Assembly (NCBI GenBank): GCA_040954595.2
Contig: CM082579.2
Coordinates: forward strand, 11,905,834 to 11,969,833
DNA length: 64,000 nucleotides
Direction of reading: 5' to 3'
From: Balanoglossus misakiensis
Lineage: Eukaryota > Animalia > Hemichordata
The notes under the pieces are model-generated. The model saw nothing but the letters and a program-made list of their open reading frames with translations, was not told the origin of the DNA and searched no databases. Position 1 is the stretch's first letter. Every line of letters starts with the position of its first letter. The position numbers were made by a program, and so were the translations under genes. Below, in pieces: positions 34,173-47,079 of this stretch.

Positions 34173-35301
34173 TGTAACCCGTTTCTTGCCGGACAATGGT
34201 CTAACAAGTACGTAGCTACAGCAAAAGATCTCTCTCTCTTTCAATTGGGCATCGGTCTGAGGTTTGGCTGCTGACATGGGTACACAGATACAGCATCAGC
34301 GTTCTTACGGACAGGGGGATTGAAACAGACACACCACACACTGATTTCTTTCTCTGAAAACACTATAATATCTCTCTGAAACATATTCAAAGCACAACAA
34401 GAAACTCTAGAAAAATGCACGCTATCTACGAAATAAAGCGTTCAATGTCTCTACTGTCTCTGTCAATGTATACTCAGCTGCACTGCTCACTGTGTAGACA
34501 ACAGTTCTGCAATCCAACGAAGATCGACGAAACTCTTCTCACGATACACGAAAGTCAAGTTCAGCAAAATCAGCAACAAATCGGCGAAACCCTCAGAAAC
34601 ATCGAGTTCGGGACATCAGCAACAAATCGGCGAAACCCTCAGAAATAGCGGCAGCCCTCTGGAAAAGTTCTGGAATCTGCTCGGGCGATGTTCGGATCAC
34701 ATCGAGCGAGATCGGAAAGCACGTACAACTCACCTAGCTAGTTCAACTGGAAAGTTCTCGATCAATTCCGATATCAAAAATCGAAATCGAAAGTTCTCAA
34801 AATACCATATCTCGCTCTTGTCCTCTGGAACTGGGGAATAGTCGAACCGCTCCAGGGACATTCACGACTCGGTACGCACACTCTGGCCAAAATCTGCGCC
34901 AGATCGACTCGACAAAAACTCTCTCAAACTTTGGATCAAAACTCTACAAAAACTACTCACTATCAGCCATCACGCCATAGACCCTTGACAGTGCGTAGTG
35001 ATATATGACAAGCTCGCTAAAATTTGTAAAAAATAATAGCGCACATCATGTGAGCTTGTTACTACACCATCAAATTACAGAAAATACTTCAGTCTACAGA
35101 AAAGTAATAGTGATTCGTCATCAAATCATCGTACAGACATACACAGTCAAACACAACATAAAACTACTTTCTCATCGTCACATGATGCCCAATGCTCAAA
35201 AATGAGATATATGTGAATAATACAGGGATGCGGCTCTGATCGTGGCAATGGCTATAGCGCCAAACAGTGACTAAATACCACGAGGATTTAAAGCCTCTAC
35301 A
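34173..35301 (-). repeat. 5' LTR of the Gypsy element
   Basis: TGTAAC...CTACA, direct repeat of 27205-28314. Confidence 0.93.
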
Positions 35302-38300
35302 TTTGCAAGGCGCAAAGCTGATTTTTTGCCCTTACTGTATGGAGGGCCAATAATGTACCAATTCTGAGGAATGGTGTCTAGGCCACAGATTTTCTCAACA
35401 ATGCCACGAATAAAAATAAGAAAGTTATGCAACCGCTGGCAATCAACGAACATATGCCTAATGGTGTCAATATGATTACTACAAAACTGGCAATTCGCGT
35501 TGTCTATATAACCAGCCGAATGCAAATAGACACCTGTAGAAATAGCACCGTGGAGGAAACGCCACTGTATGTCACCCTCTTTTTTGTATATAGGTCTATC
35601 ATAAATTATGCCATAGTTGGGCTTCACAGTAGCTGGATTACACAACAATTCAGTCGGGAATTTTGAAGATACCTCGCTAGTCTCATAAAGATTATCAATA
35701 AGAAAGGTGTAAATAGCACCTTTTTCAAGTTTGTAAAGACAAGTCTGAATATCATCGCTTTTTTCAGCAAGTGAAGTGCTGAGGGTATAGTGATACAATG
35801 GATTGTTCAGTGCCTCCTGAATAATGGGACTACAAGTACAAATATCAAAAAAGTTGCTAATTATGGTACCAAAACCCTTCAAAATTGCTTCTGTAAATAA
35901 ATGCAGTTTAGAGGCAATAATACGTTGGGAACGAATAGAAAGCACACACTCAAGTTCATGAATAGTTTTCCACTTGCGATCATTTAAATTTATAAGGTCA
36001 ACAACCTTTGTCAGACCCCCACTTGCAAACTGATCAATGGGAAAATAATGACCCGTGCTCGGGTTAATTATTAACTTGTTCAAAAACAGCGGCTCATTTA
36101 AAACACCTTCAATGGTATAGGGTTTTCCATCACGTCTAATAACCAAGGATCTCGAATTAATCACCCTCCACACATCATGATAGAAGTTTGGCATAAAAGT
36201 ATTAACTCTCAAATCTTTTAAACTGACACAAAAAAGTTGTTTGTCATAATGTAGATCTTCGATATTGCCTAGATAATAGTCAAAGAAAAAATAACACGGA
36301 TGTTTCTCATTCCCATATAAATATCGTTGAAGGTGCTGTAACCTAAAAGCATTTAAGCGAGACTGGAGATGAATAAGACCCTGCCCACCCTTTTTAACGG
36401 GTAGATACACAGTTTCCCTAGCAACCCAATGACGACCTTGCCACAAAAAGTTAAGAAATTTCTGCTGAAGAGCATCAATAAGATCTTTAGGAAGTGAAAT
36501 AACTGCTAAACGATGAAGAATCTTTGTAGCGGCCAACTGATTAATGACCAAAACACGGCCTTGATACGATAACGCAGTTGCAAACCGCTTCCACTCATTC
36601 AGTTTAGCATCAATCATCCGACTCATGTCCTCCCAATTCTTAACAGCATAGGCAGCCTCGTTCCCGATAAAAACACCTAACAATTTTAACCCACTGGAAG
36701 ACCATTTGATATTTAAAGGAGAGTCATCCCGCCCTTTCCATCTACCACACCACAAGCCCTTAGATTTAAAATAATTAATCCTCGCATTAGAAGCTCTTTC
36801 ATAAATGTTAATCCAATGCTGTAAATTCATAAAGTCGTCATCATGACTCATCAGAAAGCTAATATCGTCTGCATACGCCGATAAGTGACAACGCTTCCTA
36901 TTGGAGTTTGGAAGTTCAAAACCACGCATGTTACTCTGAGTACGAACTTTATGTAGAAAAGGCTCAATGCAGATTGAGTACAACTGGCCCGACAAAGAGC
37001 ACCCCTGCCGGATACCGCGATTAAAGGAGATTGGTGCAGTAAGCCCATTATTCAGCTTCAAAAGACTTTCAGTGCTATAGTAAAGGAGTCTAATATAGCT
37101 AATAAAATTTGGACCAAAACCAAAAGCCTGCAAAGTCTTAATCAAGTAACTGTGATGGACCCGGTCGAAAGCCTTTTCCTGATCCAACGACAAAATACCA
37201 AGCGTCCTATTCTGATCATTAGCAAACTGAACAACATCACGAATAAGGGTGATATTATCAGAAATACGCCTTCCAGGGACACAGTAACTTTGATCAATAT
37301 CAATAATATCTGATAAAACAGTCCGAAGACGAATTGACAAAGCTTTCGTTAAAATTTTGTAGTCCGAACATAGGACAGAGACAGGACGCCAGTTTTTCAA
37401 TAAGCTACTGTCACCTGTTTTAGGGATTAAAGTTAAAATAGCTCTTCTACAAGATAAAGGAAGAGTACCATCCTGAACCGCAGCAGTGAAAACTTCAAAA
37501 CAATCTTTGCCAAGAGTGGACCAAATTTTTTTATAAAACTCTGCCGGGAGACCATCAATACCCGTGGAAGCATTATTATTGAGAAGCGTCAGCGATTGCG
37601 TAAATTCCTCAAAAGAAAGAGGCAAATCAAGAGCACGCACATTTTCCTCATTAAGAGTCGGCAAATCTTTTAAAAGAACATCTTGAGCCTTAATCGAAAC
37701 AGCATCTGGAGAGTAAAGATCAGAGAAGAAATCTCTCGCTAATTGACGAATTTGAGACGGGTTTTCTGTGAGCTCACCATTCATCATACGCAAATGAGTC
37801 ATGAATTTTTTTCATACCTTTGTGGCGTTCCAGATCATAACAGAATGACGTAGAACTGTCACTTTCATTCAGCTGTTTGAACCTTGACCTAACAACAGCG
37901 CCTTGCACCTGCGAATGAATAATCTTGTCCAATAGATTTCTCTTTTCAACAAAAGTGGCCAACGCTTCACAGCCTCTCCCGTGAATACTTTCAATGTTAC
38001 GTAATTCACACTCCAGGTCGCGTTTCAGATTCAGTTTCCTCCATTTTCTTTCAGTACAATACTGCTGGGTCAGAAATTTAATCTTTTGTTTCCCTATGTC
38101 CCACCACACTTGAATAGAACTATAAAGTGTTTTACGCAATTTCCAATTCGCCCAAAAATCAGCAATGAGCTCGCAATAAACTTCATCTGATAACAATTCA
38201 GTGTTTAAACACCAAACCGCACTGCGTGGTTTAAAATTAGATTGTGAAATGCCCAAATTGACAACATCATGGTCAGACTTGAACCCAGGAACAATAGAAA

Positions 38301-40766
38301 CAGACTGAATTTTACTGCACAGATGTTTAGGTATGTAAAAGCGATCAAGTCTTGCCGCACTACTCTGTCTTTTCCAGGAAAAGTTCAAAGTGTCTTGACC
38401 GTGAAAATGTCTCCAGGCATCACACAATTTAAAACGATGAATGATATTAGAAAGTAAATCAGAAGAGTTATGATCAGGTTCTTTGCCATTCAATCTATCT
38501 TTACCCGGATTAATGGTACAATTAAAATCACCCCCTACAATAACAATGTCATCATTTTGCAAGTCATTCAAGAGCTTTTTCAGCTCACGAAAATTATTAA
38601 GCCGTTCACTATGATCCACAGAAGCATACATATTAATAAAGTTGTAAGTAAAATCCTTGATTGTCGCTTTGATATGAAGAAGTCTACCCGGAATTACCGA
38701 GCGAGAACTCACAATATCAACTTTTAAACCAGGTGAAAATAATATTGCAACACCACTGCTATTTGAAGAGAGGTGAGAAAATTCACCATGACCCCTCCAA
38801 ATCAGTCTCCAGAGGTCTTCATCAAAAGGTACAGAATGAGTCTCTCGAAGAAAATATACATCCGAACGTTGAAATTTTTTTCAAAAACTCAAAAGTTTGA
38901 TAGCGCTTCATCGCATCTTTATACCCTCGTACATTAAAAGTTGAAAGTGTAAGACAGACCATTATCAATATATAAAAGTAATATCTAATGAAATCCATGA
39001 CTAATGGTTATGTTTAACGTACATTCTTATCTTTTTAACTAGTTTTCCTACACGGGTTTTCTGTTTACTAGAAAGAACACCAGCTTTCAGTACGTGAGAA
39101 AGAGACTTCATTAACAGCATTAAATCTGAACAATATTCTTGTGATTGCTCAATAGATTTTTTAGAATACTTAATATCTTCTATGAAATCAAGTAATGATT
39201 TCTGTGACAAACAAACAGACGATTTATCAGACAATTCACTCATGGTTGACAAATCAGATAACGAAGAACTGCGTGAAACAGTATCATCGTCGTCCATGGT
39301 CTCACTATCATTTGATAAAACACCAAAAGCATTATGAACTGGAATACCTGAAGGAGGGGGAAAAGAAGATGGCTGAGAACAAACCAGGCTTTCTTGGCTG
39401 CTGCCTGTTTCATGTAATACAATAGCTGCTGCGTTAGAACAACATGGGGACTCCTCAGGAATGGAATGTATTTCCGAGGAGGGAACACTGTCAACAGAGG
39501 AAACATTCTGAACATCATGAGTTGAAGGAGGGGGTCATACCCTCTCTTCATCAGAAACACCAATAATGTCACTCACATTAGACGTTAATGGAGACTGTTC
39601 TTGATTTTCTTCCATTTCACACCGTTTCTTCTCTGAATGCGACTCTGTCAAGTCGTCAGCAGGGCTCGGCGATCTGTCACGCTTGTTCATCCGTGGTGAC
39701 GATGTCTCATCCTGTATTTGTTCAAAATCCATTGCATCTGGCGTATCATGATCGATGACACTGAAAGACTGTAATTCCGTATTTGTAGCATCAGGTTGGC
39801 TGGGTTGTGTATTTCCTTCAACATATTGACTGGAATGTACCGGTAAAGAATCGCTGGTGTTTTCAATTGAAGTGGTATTTTTCTCAGTATTTTGTTCCTG
39901 TTGGTGATCCGTATGTGTATTAACGTCCTCAATGTTGAGTCCTGTGGTCTCCTTTTCGCTGGCAAGAATAGGGCAGTCTTTCCGGAAATGTCCGACCTCT
40001 TTACAGTGGAAGCACTTAGCGTTCTCCGTTGACACGTACACAGGATAAAAATGTCCGTCACAAAGAATATTCAAAACGCCATCAATATCGGTTTGTTGTT
40101 TAAGCACCACAAACACCTGTCGTCGGAATGACTTGACATGTCTGAGTTCGGCCTTTTTGCAACCTAGCTGAATATACCGGAAACTCTGCGTAATAACCTT
40201 TCCATATAACTCCAAACGTTCAGCAAGCAAATCGTTGGGTATAAATGGTGGCACATTCGAAAGGATTACCTTTGTCGCTGGTTTCACCATCGGTTGGGGC
40301 TGTATAAAATCTTCGCCAATCGTTAGTCCTGAGGCGCAAACCATTTCAACCGATTGCATATTTTTCGAAAACACGACCACAGATCTATTCATTCTGGAGG
40401 CAGCCAGAATTTCACTAACCTCAACCAATTCCGCAATCTTCTCCACATATGCGTCCACACTTATCCCCTCAAGACTCTCAATCTTCAACGCGTTTTTCAT
40501 ACACAGCCTTGTCAGGGTAACGTCGTTGCCGTACTGAGCCCAAGCCCGTCCGGCCGCCATATTGGCAGGTCTGATTGGTGACAAGCACCAAATCAGTTAT
40601 CTGCCGCAATCACAGCAATCCTCGTCGAAAAGGTCCCAAAAAGCACACACGGAGAAACAGTAGACAATCACAGTCCAGAAAATGTCAAACTTTCCTAGAA
40701 CACCGTCCACAGTGGAGAAAAAATACCACAATTCAGGAGCTCTCCTTCTTACATTCAACCAATATG
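35302..40766 (-). mobile_element. Tx1-clade (L1 group) non-LTR retrotransposon, 5'-complete, 3' end cut by the Gypsy LTR
   Basis: ORF1 from 40560 (AASRMNRSVVVF, ILSNVPPFI, CFHCKEVGHFRKDC); ORF2 from 38962 (TFNVRG, GGDFNC, RLDRFY, SDH endonuclease; RT LDQEKAFDRV, GIRQGCSLS, AYADD; CxxC...H...C); a few frameshifts. Confidence 0.93.
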
Positions 40767-40801
40767 GAAGAAGAAGAAGAAGAAGAAGAAGAAGAAAGAA
40801 G
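40767..40801. repeat. (GAA)n/(TTC)n microsatellite at the Tx1 5' junction
   Basis: About 10 perfect GAA units directly abut the element end. Confidence 0.95.
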
Positions 40802-43573
40802 ACGGAAACGGATCTTCTTGTTGGTTATTCTGATGTCAGCCGGCCCAATCGCCGCAACTGCTCTTTTTTCAACTGCCGCTTTCTTAACGGTAAATTCTGG
40901 AACTAAATCTACAAATATCGACACGGGAGAAACACCTGTCAATCTTTCATGCAACGTCGATGCAGGTACGTGTACTGTTAATTTATCCCTGCTTTGCTAT
41001 GATAATATTCGACTAAGTAAAGATTGTTGTTTGGGTGGGAATAGGTCCATTTTGTGTGTTTCTTCAACACTATCTTGTGGGAATACATGCATGTAGAAGG
41101 AGAGTTATTAAGTGTTGGTTTGTACATGTTGTTGATTTTAATTTGCGGAAACTCCTCACAATGAGTGGTAGTGGATGGATGGATGGGTGGGATGGATGGA
41201 TGGCCTATTTTGCTGTAGAGAGGCTTTATCATAGGGGTGAATTAATGGTGAGTGGTTGAATGGATAGATCAATGGCGAGATGGATGCATGCATGCATGCA
41301 TGCATGATACATGTAACTATAAATACATTTCTTCTGACACCAGCCGGTGCGGTGGCCAATCTTGCCGTCATCGCAACCTCCACTTCTATTATAGTGAACG
41401 ACACTTGTACCGAACTTCCAAATACCGAAACAGGGGGAATGTCTGACAACCCGGAAGATGACGTCACTGCAGGTATGGAGGCTGTTAGTTCCTGTGTGTT
41501 GCATGCAGGCGATGTCTTATTAGTCCTTAGTCCTGATCAAAATTATTCCATGTCATCAACTCTCGTCTTGCCCTTGCACACAAAAATCTTATTCCAATGC
41601 TAACATCACCCAGAATTCCCGTGACGCGCTTCCAATCGTACAACACAATCCTCAGATTCCTCTGTCCTACTTCAGTATGACAATAATACCCGCGAGTTTC
41701 GAGTCTTTTGGCGATCCGCCCTAATCCGAATAGCTCTTAAACGTTTTGTTCAGGCCATATATACCTGTAAGGTACAAATGACATATTGTTCACACCTTTG
41801 TCGATACTTTTTTTCTAACGGTATAGCGATTATACTATAGATGCCAGGATTAACACGCACCAGTGTAGTTTTCATATTGGATCGGTTATCTTGCATCGCT
41901 TGAAGATAAACATTTAATGGTCGGTCTGTTTTTGTACGACACATTTTAGGCCCTGAGATTATCACCTGTGATGTGAGTAACGGAGGCTGCCAACATATTT
42001 GTTATCAAGAAAGTCCGTCCCAAGTCAACTGTTCTTGTAATGCGAGTTACGAGCTCGCAGATGACGGCCAATCATGCCAGTTGATTTGTCAAATATTTTC
42101 GGGTGAGAATTAATGTCAATCATTATTTGTAGACGCTGGAATACAAAGTTAGTATTAATGTTAGCACATATTTAATAGAATACAAGACTTTTGGTAAATT
42201 AGTATGAACACCGCATCTGAGATTTCCAGGACCACCTCTGATTTTGGACACAATTTGTTTTTGCAGATCAACAACCGTACACAACTGTCGTGTACTGTAA
42301 GCGATACGTACTGTACACGGAGGCGACGACATGGGAAGTGGCGAAGACGAACTGTCAAAACTCCGGCGGCATTTTCTGGAGCATCAGAAACCGAGTGGCC
42401 GAGAAGTGCGTGACCGATCTAATCAGAGCGACTTTGGATAAAAGCACATGGATCGGGTTGTTCAACAGCGGCGACAGACCCGAGGTTATTGGGGATTACC
42501 AATGGGTGGATGGTGGAGACGTTTTGGGCCCGTCTAAATATCAGCGCTGGTCGGATGGGAATCCGAGCGCCCAAAACCAGTACTGTGTACTGCTCTGGTA
42601 TGAAGCACTGTCATTAAACAGTAACTGTAACTTTTCAGCTTTTATTTCTCCCAAAACTAGAAAATTAGCAATCTTGTATCTTGGGGGCGGTGTCTGCCAT
42701 TTTGCGTTCAAATCGTTTCTCATGCGTGCGGAGAGTTTGATTCGAAATTCTCATGTAATATTTCTGTTTTAGGAGAAGCAGTGACTACCGTTGAGACAAT
42801 CTTTACTGTGGGAGAGAACGTGCATATGTATGTCAATACCAAGGTATTGTTTTTTTACCAGTTTGGGTTTTGTATGCATGCTTGTATTTTCCTTTCTCTC
42901 GATTTGACCAGCATGCGACACAACATTCACAAAAAGCGCACAGAATTTCTCCCTCTTGTTTAATCCCTTCAGTCCCAGATCCCTCTTTAGAAGCCTAACC
43001 ATGCATAGAAAACAATTGGTTTGGACTGAACCATTGTGGTGAAAGGACTGACATGTATTGCAATGATCTATGTTTACGTATGTCAGTGATTGTCAAGTAC
43101 ACACTGTCGAGTGAACGATTTAACAGGCGCCTGGAACTGGCGAATCTTACAAACACGTGGGAATGCGGATTTCTCCCACAACCGTCTCAATTCCTTGTAA
43201 AATTAGAAGCGGTGTCAAATGTACAATGTCTGATAAAGAAATAACTTCCTTAACGGCCTAGTCAGGGTTTGAATTGGACAAATACAAACACCACATCAGC
43301 TTGTGCCTCAAAATCAACACATTCATGTCAGCATTACAACTTCTGGTGGCAAAAACCTGTTAATGTTTGTATTACAAGTACTACTATTACAATTTTGGGG
43401 TCTGCCGAATTAAAAACAATGACGTGTTGATTATTATAGAGTTGTATGAATGAAGAAAAACAGTTATGACGGTCACCTGAAAAGCACTATGATAAAATGT
43501 AACAGCGATTTCCTTCTCTTTGTCATCTGTTCATTTATTTCTTCTTTCCTATACAGATTGTTTCAACAATTAA
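40767..43573 (+). pseudogene. Type II membrane EGF + C-type lectin gene with an in-frame stop
   Basis: Phase-consistent exons ~40767-40965 (E10-RRRKR-hydrophobic), 41344-41472, 41950-42102 (EGF CDVSNGGCQHIC...CSCNASYELADDGQSC), 42267-42597 (CTL, WIGL, YCV), 42773-42843 (R*DNLYC...YVCQ with TGA at 42792-42794), probable last exon 43557-43573. Confidence 0.75.
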
Positions 43574-44509
43574 TCCTGTGTGTGGGAGACAACGCCAGGA
43601 ACTTCCTTGTGACGTACACAAAAACTCGTGTGTTTGGAAAAGTTTTATTGGCTTAAAATGGACTGTGTAATTTTGCCACCAAGTCCGTATGTCTCTCCGT
43701 GATTAAACAACTTCTTCCACATGTCACTGAAATCATGTATCAAGCCTTTGACGAAAGACTTTGCCCCCTTTTATGCAAAAACCAAACAGAGTATCTACTT
43801 GGATCTAAAAGCTTCTCTAGCTTTGTCTATTTCTTCTATTGTTGGTATACCCTCGGGAAGATCTAGCAGCGATATCTCTTTCTTCAGTATACTCTCCGCC
43901 TCATCTGTAATACAGGGGGAAAGTTGATTTAAGTATTTTGTGTTAGAGACTGCTGCTATGATGCCAATGTTCCCCGACCAGAAAAACACACTGGAGCATT
44001 GTAACTACAGTACATGTACATGTATATGAGAAACCAACTTCTGCAACTGCACACTAAGTTTTGATATGTTATCTATTAAAACTGTACGTACACGACTGAG
44101 TCTCGTCATCTGTTTTTTTTTTCTTCATCACACACACTAACATCTATTGCCGTTTCTACTGTATGAAAGCTTACCTTTCATCCTTGCTAGCTTGGTTCCA
44201 TAGGCCAAGTCATATTGATAACCAAGTATGAACGTCAAAGGCACTAGCGGGGCAATGAAACCAGCATTTAAATGAACTAATTTTATTTGAAAGTAAATTT
44301 ATGAAAGTAATAATAAGAAGGTCACGGCATAGAAACTTCCCCACCAAAGGAATAAGTCTCTGTCTCTGGCAATCTGCATGGACATCTGACGCTCTCGCAT
44401 AAAGTTCTGCATTATAAACATGATGACTGACAATGAGGGCAACAGTGTATTTTGGAGTCCCGAGGTCATCAAAAATACACTGTTGCCCGAATATGTCAGT
44501 CATCATATG

Positions 44510-44695
44510 ACAGAACTTCATGACCTCTGCGCGCGATCTGTGCAATATGGATTTTATTTTCATGAGTGAGAAGGTGTATTCTTCCGAGTATTTTTACGAG
44601 CGACAGCGAGTAAAAATGCAGAAGAATACACCTTCTCACGAGTGAAAATAAAATCCATATTGCACAGATCGCGCGCAGAGGTCATGAAGTTCTGT
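44510..44695. repeat. ~186-bp near-perfect hairpin, probably the end of a non-autonomous element
   Basis: ACAGAACTTCATGACCTCTGCGCGCGATCTGTGCAATATGGATTTTATTTTCA... mirrored by ...TGAAAATAAAATCCATATTGCACAGATCGCGCGCAGAGGTCATGAAGTTCTGT. Confidence 0.9.
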
Positions 44696-44880
44696 TATTA
44701 TTGCATATGTTTCCCCAGATTTGACGAAAATCAAAGTTTCGATCGTGGCGTATTGATTTTCATTACAGTGATGCGCCAAAGGCTATGCAACCCAGAGAAG
44801 GCCGCTCATTGGCCAAAATGACGCAACCTTTGTTATGCAAAAAAGGGTCATGAGGGGTCATTCCATCAGTGGGTTACCTG

Positions 44881-45257
44881 AGGTCGTGAGATCGCAGCGA
44901 TAAATTTCGAAACACTGGCGATAGCGAGAAATGTTCGTAATTTTCGAGGTTCCAAAACACACTGACAACTAAATGTTCTGTTATTCTGACGATAGTTGGG
45001 AAGGATAATAAAAGAACGTGCCAGAATGTTGAAAAATCCGCATGTTTCGGCGATCATGTTGGCTCATTTCATCGGTGGTTTTATAGCTCAGGTCGCAAGA
45101 TAGCATCGGCAATATTTGAGAAACTGGCGATAGCGAGGGATTTTCCGAGGTTCCCAAACATACTGCCAAATAATGTTTTGTTATTCTGACAAAATTTGGG
45201 AAGGATAAGACAATGGCGTCTCCGATTGTTGAAAATTCCCCACGTTTCGGAGATCAT
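44881..45257. repeat. Two diverged ~170-bp units spaced ~210 bp apart
   Basis: AGGTCG...ACTGGCGATAGCGAG...CGAGGTTCC...GTTATTCTGAC...GGGAAGGATAA...GTTTCGG.GATCAT at 44881-45057 and 45090-45257. Confidence 0.75.
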
Positions 45258-45807
45258 ACTCCAGCTCTGCCGACGGCGTTCAATGTTTACAAACAAAACG
45301 TAGTCCGGCTTGTTTTTACTCATTGCATATGGGTTGTGAAAAATACCACTTTGTCACGCGCACAACTAAAACAACAATCGGCTTTTTTGCGACTGAAATA
45401 AAACTTTTGTTATATCCTCCGGAGGTTTATATGAACTCCAAGTGATTGTGTAACAGAACGAGGGTTAAACTTTGAAAGATACGATCGATTGAAGGGGAAA
45501 TGGGGGATCTTATTCTTCTGGATGCTCATTTGCATATGAGCTCGCAAAAATACCAGAATTATTATTTCACGGGCCGCTTGGAATACTGTACTACATATGC
45601 AATAAGATGTTTTATAACACACCAAACACGACACACACCACATCCAGGCAACAGTACCGGACTGAAACCGATCGAACTGATGCCCTAGGGAACAGTTCGA
45701 AATGACTAAGGTCACGTGACGGCGTATTGACGAATCACGATCGAGGGTTCGCTGTATGGTGTGTTATAACATCAGCTGTCTCTCCAGTTGCAGGGAGGAA
45801 AAATGAT

Positions 45808-45877
45808 CATCACCATCCCTCGTGCAGGCTTCAAATCGTGATATTGCCATCGCTCGCCCTCATGTGTTATTATTTAA
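45808..45877. repeat. Dispersed repeat terminus, second copy at 50843-50908
   Basis: CATCACCATCCCTCGTGCAGGC...GATATTGCC.TCGCT...CATGTGTTATTATTTAA present in both places. Confidence 0.75.
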
Positions 45878-46011
45878 ATACGTGTATAAACAGACAGATG
45901 GATTGAAACACAAACAGACAGATGGATTGACACACACACACTTACACTAAAAAACAAACATTTAACAGAAATACCTTATAACTATACTATACGGTATTAT
46001 TAAACCTCACT

Positions 46012-46210
46012 CTGTATTCTTTACTCTTGATTGGCTGAGACCGTACCACGTGACATAGAAAAAACGTGATATTACATGGTTGACAGAGTATATGGCCCGT
46101 AGGTAGGGGCTACGGGCCGAGGATACGCGCGCGCTGAGAGTATATTGCAGGCTGAGAACAGGTTTTAGGTTCTGCGCATCATTTCTGCGCATAACAAATT
46201 GTCGTTCGCT
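46012..46210. repeat. Dispersed repeat related to 914-1070
   Basis: Shared CTGTATTC..TACTCTTGATTGGC, CGTGATATTAC.TGG.TGACAGA, TATGGCCCG and TTTTAGGTTCTGCGCATC.TTTCTGC. Confidence 0.65.
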
Positions 46211-47001
46211 GCAAAGGGGGCTGCAAACATGAAAGTTATAAACAGTAGGGCAAACCTCCAAATTTAGTGACTTGCGTATGCGCAACTACTTTAGCGCCAA
46301 CGCGCATGTGCGATATGACGTGGATTGCCGGAAGCTGGACAAAGGTCACGTCATCTGACCCAGGTTATGTTATGGAAAATCACATGGCGGTCGACGGTCT
46401 ATCTTCTGTTGAGTGGATAATCGACCCAGTCTTTAATCCCGGGCAGGATAATGGAGCAACCATCAACGGTAATACATTTTCATGATAATTTGAATTGGCC
46501 GTATTGTGTTTAGAACATGCACTGATTGTGTTTTTTTGTATTATCTGGAAGAAATGGAGTGCCATTGAAATGAAATGCCAGTGTGTACATACACATGTAC
46601 ACTGTGTTCGCGGAACTTTGACATGCGAACACCCAGGGTCACTCCGTGGAACACCATACCGTCACCATCAAGACTTTCTAGAATACACAGTGATTGGGAG
46701 CAACTTTTCACACGTTTCTAAGTCCCGTTTTTTGAACGATTTAAATCGGTTGAATAGCATTACACACAGTTTTCGCCATAGTTATAGCCTGAAATACCTG
46801 GGTGTACGTTGATAAACAAAGCATGTGATCAGATAATTACCATGACCATCATGTCAGCATCGTCCAGTGAGCAAAGTTGTTTGTCCGCATCATCAGATAC
46901 TAGTATTTGAACATAATAACGTTGTTGATGCTGTTCACATATTTATATTTACACCTTATTATTTACTGTATATGTGTCATGTGCATTAACAACGTCTTTA
47001 A

Positions 47002-47079
47002 ACTTTTCACCTTCAGTCAAATGAAAAGACACCAGACAGGACTTTTCACCTTCAGTCAAATGAAAAGACACCAGACAGG
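47002..47079. repeat. Perfect 39-bp tandem duplication
   Basis: ACTTTTCACCTTCAGTCAAATGAAAAGACACCAGACAGG twice. Confidence 0.95.

Larger units (their letters stand above)
27205..35301 (-). mobile_element. Ty3/Gypsy LTR retrotransposon, degraded, two LTRs, no matching TSD
   Basis: LTRs 27205-28314 and 34173-35301 (TGTA...TACA); PBS next to the right LTR; gag-PR-RT-IN order on the - strand. Confidence 0.95.

Noticed and set aside
43690-44505. Protein-like - strand fragments (ORFs 43795-43989, 44210-44563) with a splice donor near 44175
   Set aside because: Probably a decayed TE or gene piece, but it contains stops and no motif I can assign.
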